DNA from: Dimorphilus gyrociliatus
Taxonomy: Eukaryota > Animalia > Annelida
Direction: 5' to 3'
Length of the DNA stretch: 64,000 nt
NCBI GenBank assembly: GCA_904063045.1
Contig: CAJFCJ010000022.1
Span: 62,001 to 126,000, forward strand
The notes under the pieces were generated by a model. That model saw only the letters and a list, made by a program, of their open reading frames with translations. It did not search any database and had not been told where the DNA came from. Position numbers and translations under genes: made by a program. This document shows, piece by piece, positions 51,934 through 62,500 of the stretch. Position 1 is the first letter of the stretch. Each line of letters opens with the position of its first letter.

Positions 51934-54900
51934 ATGGAGAGATTGCTCGGCATTTTACTTTTATTAACTAGTCTACAAGTAACGTAAGTTATTATTTTCT
52001 TTCTTTGCTCTTTTCAAGAGGTATATAAACAAAAGAGATAATAAGAATAACTTATATATTTATGAGAAATTTACTTTTCTATTCATATTTTATTACTAAA
52101 ATACACTTTTCAATAGTAGAAAATATTATCAGTTTATCAAACTATTCTCTCTTATTCTTTAATTGCTATTTTGCTATTGGAATTCTATGCTTTATATCTT
52201 TGTTTTCAGCGCTCAAAATACCAAAAACGCAAATATTTCGGAAATGACTGAATTCATCAAATATTTAGATCAAGCTAAATACGATAATCGAGTTCGACCC
52301 AATATCGATACAGGTACACAAAGTCTTTATTAATTAATTATAATATATATATATATATTTAAATGTAAATGAAAAAAGATTACTTATGTTTCAATGTTTA
52401 TAAGTGTATGGATATATGCGCATTCTATTTAATTTGGTTTAATATTCTATAGCATTAAATGTTAATTTTCCATATTGTGTATATCTAAAGCATCCCCAGC
52501 CACATTCAATATTATCTTCCCGAGGCACGTGACTTACAACTAACTCAATTCTAATCTTTTGAACTAATAGGTATACCAGTCAGGGTTGAAATGAATTTTT
52601 TCGTAAACACCATAAGTACTCTGAGCGAAGTCCATATGGTAAGAAAAAGATCTAATAATAATACTTGTATTTTAAATATCTTACATGTTTTTTATTCTAC
52701 AAACATCTAGGAATATACTATAAACATATATATGAGGCAAAAATGGACTGATCCTAGATTGCAGCATAATTTTTCAACAATCACTCTAAGTCATCAATAC
52801 GGTGATAAACTTTGGGTACCTGATTTATTCTTCAAGAATGAAAAGCAAGCAACTTTTCATGATATTGCAGTTCCCAATAGACTTATCACAATAACTTCGG
52901 ATGGGACAGTATTGTACAGTCAAAGGTAAATATAAACATATATATATATTTATATATATAATATAAATAGATTAATATTAGTATAGGATCCAATCAATAA
53001 GTTTACTTTTTAAGCTATTAATTTTTAAAATATACGTATAAATACTTGTTTTTCTTGGAAAAGTAAACATAATTAAATAATATTTTTTTTAAAGAGCAAA
53101 CCTTATGAATAAAAAAAGCGACTATAGGCCTTAATTATGTGATAAGTTGATAAGTTTATTACTATTTATAATAGTTACTATTATTAATCCATTTTGGCCA
53201 TATTATTTGTATATAACTGTTAACCTAGAAGAAAAAAATAAAAGGATTATTGCCTTAAAAAGAACAAATCATCTATTGTTGAGAAAGATCAAATTGAGCG
53301 AACACGAAAGAGAAAGAGAAAAATTACTATTCCTGGTAAAATCTTGCCTATTTACTTAAAGAACAACTTTTTTGTTGTAAATATTCAGAGTTTAGTATGT
53401 GTTTATATATTAGATAGGCCCTCTTTATTTGTGTGCAGAGATTGACATGCCACTCAATGAACCTGAATTGAGCCTACAAAATACAAATAATTTTCTAGAA
53501 ATAAATCAACAAACTAAACAAGATCACTTTATTTACTATAATAGCATAAAAGAAACTCGGTTATTATCTTTTCATACAGATTATCACTGACGTTATCCTG
53601 CAATATGTACCTCGGAAGATTTCCGCTCGACGTTCAGCGTTGTCCGCTCTATTTGGAAAGCTGTTAGTTTAAAGGAAATTATTTTTTAGTATAGGGCTTT
53701 TGGATTTAAATCTTTCTTTATTCATATTCGTATACAGACGGCTATACAACGAAAGATTTGCAATTTTATTGGAGAGAAGAGGATCCTATTCAGCTTAATA
53801 AAGATATAAAACTACCCGAATTCGATCTGACAAAGTCGGAACTTGGCAATTGCACAGTTGCTTATATAACTGGAGCATTTACTTGTGTTAACGCTACGTT
53901 CACTTTGGAAAGACAATTTACATACTACCTCATACAAACTTATATTCCATCTATGCTCGTCGTTTTCCTTTCCTGGGTTTCTTTCTGGATTGATAGGCAC
54001 GCCGTTCCAGCACGAATAACTTTAGGCCTATTAACTGTCTTAACGATTAGTACTCAGAGTTCCAGCTCGTCCGAAAGATTACCAAAGGTACATTACATAT
54101 ATATATATATATATGCAATGGAGTCTTCTTACTTTCTATTTACGCGAGTTTTCCAATATTTTAATGCTTTCTATCTAACTTAAGTGACAAAAATGTACAG
54201 TAATCCTATTTCTTTGATTAACAAAGCTGTTAATTTTAGATTAACGGTTATTTTTGTTTAAGGTAAAAGAAAGGAGAGAAAGCTAACCTTAAAGCTAATT
54301 TTATTCCATATAGAATTATCTTTTAAAATACTATATAATACAATATACTATATATATAAAATAATAATCAATCAAATATAATATTCTATCCCCTTTCCGC
54401 CCATATAAGGTCTCTTACGTGAAAGCACTTGATATTTGGCAAGTTACCTGCTTAATCTTCGTCTTTGGAGCATTAATAGAATATTCCATTGTAAACGTTC
54501 TCAGTAGGAGAGAATACAATACTTACGTCAGGAAGAAGGGTCATGATCAAGAGGTAAGCTTTTCGATTACTTTACATATATGCAATAAAAAAGAGAGTAA
54601 AAGCTTCCTTCATGTTTGGCTTTAAGTTTGGCTTTTAATATATTTTTAGTTATGTTTATTTTTTTACCTGGAAAACATTTTATTATTTGAAATATTTCAG
54701 CCACACATTTCTTACAAAATTCGATATTTGATATATTAATAATAGTAATAGTTATAGATATATCATTTCTTTCCTTGCACGTTTAATTATTTTCTTTTTA
54801 TTTGTTTTTTTTTTGTATTTTTGTAAGAATCACCTTCGAATTCCACAGCTAGCCGTTGCAGCTTTAAAACTATCAGCCTATCCGATTTTCCAGCGTTTTT

Positions 54901-56223
54901 TAGATAAGGTATTTCTTATGCTTTCTCTACTTGGAGCATGCAAAATAATAAAAAAAGAATAAACAAATAAACAAACAAACAATTTATCTATTTTTATTTT
55001 CACTTTCTGTTTTTTGCGTTGGCGAAAATTTACCCTATTTATTTATAAATTATATATATAGTTATATATAAATTTATATATATATATAGAAATTATATAA
55101 AGAATTCCTCTTGTGTATTTCCCAATTCTAACCTAAAAAATAATTATTTGTTCATTGAACCAGAGTAACACTATCTTTTTGTATATATTGGTTATAGATT
55201 TATATGAAATATATATATATATATATAATATACAATATCATAAAAATTAAATTCTACGTTTTTAAACGTATGAAAGCTCTCTTATAAATCATATTACCTG
55301 TAATTATTTCGTAAGTGTTGATAATTGGTATGTTGTATAGCAATATGGCTTTACATGTTGTTCATTAATGAAATTAAGATTCTTTTATAAAGAGCAAATT
55401 CATTTATTTTCAAATTAACCACTATACACTCTCTAAGGTAATATTACGCTTACTAAATCATTTTTTGTTTATTAATTAGTAATAAAACTAAAGAGTTTCC
55501 TTCTATTTGTTTCTTTATAAAATATTAATTCTACGTTGCCTTGGAAATGCCAATCAAATTCATAAAACAACTATCATTAAACAAATTGGTCTTTTTTAAC
55601 TTGAGGGGATGATTACTATATTAAAAAATTTGTGTACATTTCAAAGATAATCATGTAGATGTAATTTCTCTCTTCATTAAAAGTAAATTAGAAAGGAATT
55701 CAGTTCATCCATAGTGACATGTCAATGCAAAGTTCAGAGCTCCTTTTGTACTAATCATTATTAAAACGGTTTCAGCATCTGATGCTAATCTGTTATTAAT
55801 TTAGTTTATGGCGAACAAAAATTATAGACAACTGACAACTTCGTTTATTTAACATTAATATTATATAAAACAACATAAATTTTTCAACAGGAGGCTGGAG
55901 AACCTAAAAGCGAAGATGATTCTCAAGTAATCAATACAGCTAGCGCTAACGGTGCTCATCGGCCTGATAATGTAGAGATACCTAATGGCGAAAGACGCCC
56001 AAGTGCTACGCCCTCTGCAGTTTTCAGGTGAAAATATATTAGAAAATTACAAACAGCTAGCCAACTATAAATGCCATTGAATTTTATCAACAGGCCATCA
56101 AGGTTTCAAAGATTAAAGCACGATAAAGCCTTAATGGTCGACGTTCTCTCAAGAATATTCTTTCCATTATTATTTGCCAGCTTTAATTTATTATACTGGT
56201 TAATTGTGTTTTTTGTTATGTAA
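51934..56223 (+). CDS. Cys-loop ligand-gated chloride channel, glycine receptor alpha-like (GlyR/GluCl group)
   Basis: Signal peptide MERLLGILLLL, YDNRVRP, RQKWTDPRL, LWVPDLFF, Cys-loop CNMYLGRFPLDVQRC, loop C CTVAYITGAFTC, M2 PARITLG (anion-selective), VSYVKALDIW and M4 DVLSRIFFP...YW. Upstream in-frame starts are possible at 51380 or 50098. Confidence 0.93.
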
Positions 56224-56859
56224 TTAATGAAATATAAACAGTTGGAAAAAACAAATTAGTATATAAAAAATGAAACAATACAACGTATATGCTATATTAT
56301 TTATGTACAATATATCATCTAGTGTACTTTTCCGAAAATACAATTTACAAATATTACATTCATCCCATATGAACAACAAATATTGTTTAAGGAAAAAGTA
56401 GTTGCTAGAGACAAATCATGTAGTTCATTACTCTTTGGTTACATGAATATTTAACTTTATGGCTATATAAAAACTTATATATATTTAAATATATACAATA
56501 TACAGTATATATATATACTGTAGATACATGTAAAATGGGACGGCCGATAGTTTAGTATCTCTACAAATATTATATTTGTAAGAATGTTTTAAAGCAAATA
56601 TGCAGACATTATTGTATCTATCATCAAATAATAAAAAAAAAGGTTAGCTCTTTTTAGGGGCGTTCCAATCCAATTCTCATTTGCATAACTTAAATAAGAC
56701 ACCTTTATAAATCTTTTATAGACATAATTTCTTAAACAAAGGCTTTTTAATACCTTTAAAAATACAAATTGTTTATCTTTATCTCGAAGAAAGTGTATCT
56801 TTAAAGGCAGTTTTTTTAGCAAAACTCTGCAAACTTATACTATTTTTATAGAATCAGTA

Positions 56860-57660
56860 CAGTCGCGATATTAAGTAATTATAAGAAGAGTAAAAATGTC
56901 TAAAAATCGAAATATTTTGATTTAGGAATAAAGTGTATGGTTGTGAATATTTTTTTGTATAGGATAGATGACTTGTGAAACATGATGGAAAATTTCAGAT
57001 AAATATCTATATTTTAAGAATCAATTTATCTTTCTTTTTTACCATACTATGAATTTAGACAGCTATTAAGTAATTATAACATCATCATTATGACCTCATA
57101 ATTATGAGTAGTATCATTGAAAAAAAATTTGGTCTACAAATATTGTTCCCTTGAACTTACAACATACAATTCTTTTGGAAATATTAAAAAATGCATCAGC
57201 TATCTTTAGAAATCTGCAAAGATATCCTCTTCCACTTAAGCAGGCCAAAATTGACCATTCAAGGCATAACAGCAAAATTTAATTGCAGCCCAGTTACAGT
57301 GCAGAATATAAAGAATCAGTTCAAGCAATTTAAAACAATAAATGACCTGCATATGTCTGGTAGACCACATAAAATCGCCAGGAGAAATTTGAAAGAGCTG
57401 TGGGAAATTTTTGAGAAGGAATTTTTCAAAATATCAAATTTTGAGATACAGGGATTGTATGCCTCTATTGAAAGGAGGCTAAATGCAGTAAGAAAGGCAA
57501 AAGGCATACATACCAAGTATAAAATTTGAAAATTTTATCATTTACAATCATTTGCCTATCAAGAAAAAATTATTCCTAACCATAAACTTCATTTGTAAAT
57601 CAAGATATTTCGAATTTTAGATATTTTTACTCTTGTTATAATTACTTAATATCGCAACTG
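56860..57660 (+). mobile_element. Internally deleted Tc1-family DNA transposon (801 bp) with long TIRs
   Basis: TA|CAGTCGCGATATTAAGTAATT... and ...AATTACTTAATATCGCAACTG|TA. The first 64 bp of the TIRs match at 59 positions, and similarity extends to about 135 bp. ORF 57191-57529 carries the Tc1 HTH and GRPHK motif joined to the Tc1 C-tail (RRLNAVRKAKGIHTKY), with no DDE domain. Confidence 0.9.
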
Positions 57661-58178
57661 TATAATATGAAAGAAAAAGATAAAAAACTTTCTCGGAAAC
57701 CTGAATTATAATTATACAGTATTAAAGTCCTTTGCTCTCACTTAAAGGAAAATTTAAAGGAAAACAACGTCTGTTCATTCATTAAATGTTCTCCACTAAT
57801 CAATTTGTTATCATTAATTATTCGCTTTTGTAAATAGAAACAACGTATTTCTTTTAAAAGCCGTCTCTACATTCGTTCACTCATTCGTTCCTTCACTCTT
57901 TCAAATGTTTTATACATATCTTTATAATCTATTTATAGTTCAACTTAATTAATGTATTGAAATAGGATGAAGAAATAATTTTTGGAATATGTAGGATTAA
58001 TATCTTTATGTAGATGTTAGTAAGATACTATCCGTTATATTTGTAGCACAAGTTGAATAAGTAATGAACTTTGAAACGTTACTATATCAACAAAAACAAC
58101 GCCCTTTTAAATCTTCGAGCAAGTTTTTAAGCATTTGCACGATATTGATAAATGCGTCATTGAAATCTCCTTAGCTAG

Positions 58179-58252
58179 TATAAAAAGGTGCGCTCAACTT
58201 AGTTCATCCTCTCCTGTGGAGCTTAGAAAACCTTGCACTTATAAAGTAAAAG
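58179..58252 (+). promoter_or_regulatory. TATA box and short non-coding exon ending in a consensus donor; probable exon 1 of the VWA/EGF gene
   Basis: TATAAAAAG at 58179, Inr-like TCATC at about 58204-58208, and AAG|GTAAGT donor at 58253. Confidence 0.6.
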
Positions 58253-58304
58253 GTAAGTGTTCAATTAAAGAATTTTATTCTATTACTAGTGACTTTTCAT
58301 AGAT

Positions 58305-59348
58305 TTAAGTTTTAGTTTTTGCTTTCAAACTAGCTTTAATAATAGGAATTTGCCTACGAAACCATTTATCTCTCTTTAATTCGAGTACAGTAGGACGCAT
58401 ATCATGATTTACCAAAATTTGCGTTATCAATTCTTTACAATCCGCTTTACAATCGCCTCTTTTTTCTGGGAAACGTGGCCCTCTTTTAACTTCTCTCAAG
58501 AGAGTTTGATGACAAGTGTCATCAAATGGTAATCTATTTTAAGACAAGCGTTTAGAAACATTTAATTGTTACATAGTAAACTAAAAGCTTTCTTTACTAT
58601 TTTAACCTTCCAATAACCATTATATATAACACGACTCCCATGGACCAAACATCAGCTGTTAATGGTTTGTATGGTTGTCCTATGAGAATTTCAGGTGGAG
58701 CATAAGCGTAACTACCGCAGTACGTTTCGCTAAGTGTAGTCTTTTTATCTACTTCGGCTCTAGCAAAGCCAAAATCTGTAATTTTTATGTTTCGTTTATC
58801 GTCCAAAAGAAGATTTTCGCATTTTATGTCGCGATGCGCCACCTTACGACTATGACAGTAGTCCATACCATCCAATAACTGCCAGAACCATATAGCACTT
58901 TGTGGTTCTCTGACAAACCTACTTTGCCTAATTTCGTGTAACAGATCTCCCTTATTAGCCCTTTCCATAATTAAATAAGTTTTTTTCTCCGTTTCAATTG
59001 CCTAATATTTGAAAAAAAAGAGTCCCTGACCACTACAAGAAAGCTATTACTTACTTGATAAAATGTTACTATATTCGGATGTCTTAAAGCACCTACCACC
59101 CTTAATTCTCTTGGTAGAAATTTTTCCAAATAGTCAATTGGAGCTCTCCTCTTTGAAATAATCTTTATGGCGATCTCCTTATTACACGGTACATAATAGC
59201 CTGCTTTTACAACTGCATAACTTCCACTTCCAAGATTCTGTTTTAACTTAAATCCGCATTTAGTTAATGCTTTATATTTAAGATTATTCTCCAAAGATGT
59301 TGTTAGTTTCTTCTTTGAATAATCTGTTGATTTAGTTGTTTGGCTCAT
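58305..59348 (-). CDS. TSSK: Testis-specific serine/threonine kinase (TSSK family); 3 exons
   Basis: LGSGSYAVVK, AIKIISKRRAPIDYLEKFLPREL, HRDIKCENLLL, DFGFAR, SETYCGSYAYAPPEIL, DVWSMGVVLYIMV...RLPFDD. The paralog number cannot be assigned. Confidence 0.92.
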
Positions 59349-59519
59349 TCATGTATCTTTTTAAATTTCCATTATTTTCATATAATAAAAATAATGACAT
59401 TTTTCATTATAAACGATAATTTTTAAATGATTTCAAGTATATTTTGAATATAGAAAATGATGCAGTTTTCATTAGAATTCTGAATAAATCGTCTCCTATT
59501 TCTTTTTTAACAGATAAAA

Positions 59520-62500
59520 ATGTTAAAGACACTTTTAGTCTGTCTCTTCGTTGGACAGATTGTCGCCTCACCCTATCATCGGTCGAAGAGAGCGACATGT
59601 ACTACAAATACTGATTGTAGTGGTTATGGAACATGTAACGGTGGATCTTGTACGTGTGATATGGGCTACACCGGTGATAAATGTGAAAATCGTTAGTAAT
59701 TTTATTTCTCTATTGATTGGTTTTTTATTAATAATTCAATACGAAAATCTCAGAATGCTTTCCTGCGGATATCGTCTTTGTTTTGGATGAATCTGGTTCG
59801 GTAACCGAACCTAACTGGATAAAGCAATTGGAGTTCACTAATGAACTTGTTGATATGTTCCCAATTGCTTCCGACAAAGTTAGAATTGGATATGTTACCT
59901 ACTCAAGCAAAGTCAACAAAGTTCGTCATTTGAAGGACACACCAACAAAGGCTGAAATCAAGCAAATTATTTCGCAACTTTCTTACGCAAAAGGAGGTAC
60001 AAACACTCCCGCTGCTGTTTTCAGTGCAGCCACCACATCTTTCTCCAAAGGAAATGGTGACCGAATTGAAACACCAGCTGTTCCTAATATCATGATTATT
60101 ATGACTGACGGAAAAACTTCCTCACAATACAAACCTGATTTCGATTTGAACGCAGCATTGCTCAGGAGTAAGAAAGATATCGAAGTTTTCGCTATTGGTA
60201 AAGAAGTAATTTATATTTATCGTTACTTTTTTTATAAATATTTCTTTACATCCAGGTATTTCGGCCGGAGTTGATGAACAAGAAATTGAAGCTCTTGCAT
60301 CCTTGCCAGTTGATGAACATAAATTCATTGTAAACGATTTCTCCGCTTTAAACACTATCAAGCAGAAAATTTTGAATGCCATCTGCAAGAGTACTGCTGC
60401 AAAAGCCAGTCCCTGTGACAAAAACCCTTGCCATGATCCTGGTACTACTAAATGCGTTAATGGTGGAAATGGAGCCTATACTTGCGAATGCAAAGTTGGT
60501 TACGTAGGAAAGCATTGTGAAACTAGTACGCTGTTACTAAATAATATTTTTTTCATATTATAATGATTATCTGTATTTTTTCCTCCAAAGGATGTGGAGT
60601 TGCCGATATCGCTTGGATCATTGACAGCAGTGGCTCAATTGGAAAGGACAACTATGTTAAACAAATGAAATTTATCCGCGATTTCTGTGATAAACTCGAT
60701 ATTTCACCAACTGCCAGTCAAGTTGCCGCCGTTTCTTTCGGTCTTACTGCTAGATTGGATTTTGATTTCAAACAACACCAAGACAAAGCTTCGCTTTTAA
60801 CAGCCATCGATGGAATTTCATACATGCAAAGTTATACCAATACTTCTGGAGGTATCAGGAGAGCTATTGAAAAAGTTTTCACCCCAGCTGGTGGAGACAG
60901 ACTTGATAAGCCAAACATTGCTATCGTTATCACTGATGGAGAATCAAACAAAGACAAGGATGATACCATTCCAGCTGCCAAGTTATTGCATAAACACACA
61001 ACTTTGGGTGTTTCTACATTTTGTGTCGCTGTCGGATCAGGTGTTAAACAATCTGAAGTAAAAGGTATTGCTAGCGATCCTGATTCAGAATTTGTCATTG
61101 AAATAAAAAATTATAATGAAATTAACCAACATCTCACAAAAATATTGGAAGGAACCTGTAAAACATCAGGTACAGTTTAAGTGTTTATAGCACAATTAAT
61201 ATTCTAATTGCCAATTGTATATTCTGCCTATAAAAGATGCTGACCATTGTCTCAGCGGACCATGTCAAAATGGAGGCAGCTGCACAAAAATCAGTAACGG
61301 TTATAAATGTACCTGCAAAGCAGGATGGACTGGAAATAACTGTCAAACCAGTAAGATATTATTCAATTAATATTTTAAGTTACAATATATATTAATTAAC
61401 ATACAATTATCTCGTATAGACATAGACGATTGTAAACCCAACCCATGTTTGAACGGAGGAGTCTGCGTAGATGGAGTTAACTCTTACACTTGTAATTGTG
61501 TTAATGGATGGTCCGGACCTACCTGTGATATACGTAAGTGACTAAGAATGCATTTTCGATTCTTGTTAAAGATGATACTGTTCGTTCACAGCAAAAGATT
61601 TCTGCAAACCAACCAACCCATGCGTACATGGAACTTGCTCTAGCCAGGCCAGCGGATACACATGTACCTGTAACCAAGGATATCAAGGAACTAATTGTGA
61701 TGTTCTCATTGATCACTGTAAACCAACCAACCCATGTGTACATGGAACTTGCGCCAGTTCCGTAAGTGGATTCACTTGTACCTGCAACCAAGGATACCAA
61801 GGAACCAAATGTGATGTTCTCATTGATAACTGCAAACCAACCAATCCATGCCAGAATGGCGGAGCTTGTACTTCAACTGTCAGTATAGTTTGTTACAGTT
61901 TTTATGTTTCAATACGTTTAACTCTTTCACATCTTAGATTTCTGGTTACACTTGTGCTTGTGTCAACGGATACACTGGAAACCAATGCCAAACTGGTAAA
62001 CGTCGTTAAATAGTATATTTTTGAATTTACAATAATCTTGTTTTCTAAACAATAGCTCCTGCAAATGACTGTGGAAAAGTTGATATCTGCTTCGTTATCG
62101 ATAGCAGTGCTTCAATTGGCTCCAACTGGGGTAAACAATTGGACTTTATCGCTGACTTCAGCAAAAAATTCACTATTGGCGATAAAGCCAGAATTGGTGC
62201 TGTCACTTACAGTTCAACTGCTGAAATAAGCTTCCCCATCGACGGTGCTGGATCTGCTTCAACTAATGCTGAATTCGAGACAAAAGTAAAGGCCATCACC
62301 CACATGAGAAAGGGTACATATACTCACGAAGGTTTGGGATTGGCACCTGATTGTGGCTGGAGAACTGCAGCTGGAATTAAGAAACTCGGTAATTAAATTT
62401 AATATTTCGGCATAATTCTGCTTATATATAAATATATCTTTTCTTCTAGCCATTGTTGTCACTGATGGAAAATCAATTAAACCAACTGAAACTGCAACTA

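Noticed and set aside
53430-53480. Acceptor-like site resembling an alternative pre-Cys-loop exon of the chloride channel
   Set aside because: Both possible acceptors reach a stop within 10 codons, and there is no Cys-loop.
1186-56223. Apparent clustering of neural or sensory genes (IRs, innexin, GPCR, GlyR) and of testis genes (THEG, TSSK)
   Set aside because: They are interleaved with housekeeping genes. These families are large, so co-occurrence in 64 kb of a compact genome needs no special explanation.
8336-56686. Octamer ATGCAAAT sites (8336, 17474, 18340, 45341, 49932, 56679)
   Set aside because: About six sites is what base composition predicts for 64 kb of AT-rich DNA.
60810-61800. 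Overlapping alternative-frame and antisense ORFs within the VWA/EGF gene, and similar ones over KIF4, GMPPA and PAXBP1
   Set aside because: They are by-products of real coding exons in another frame or strand.
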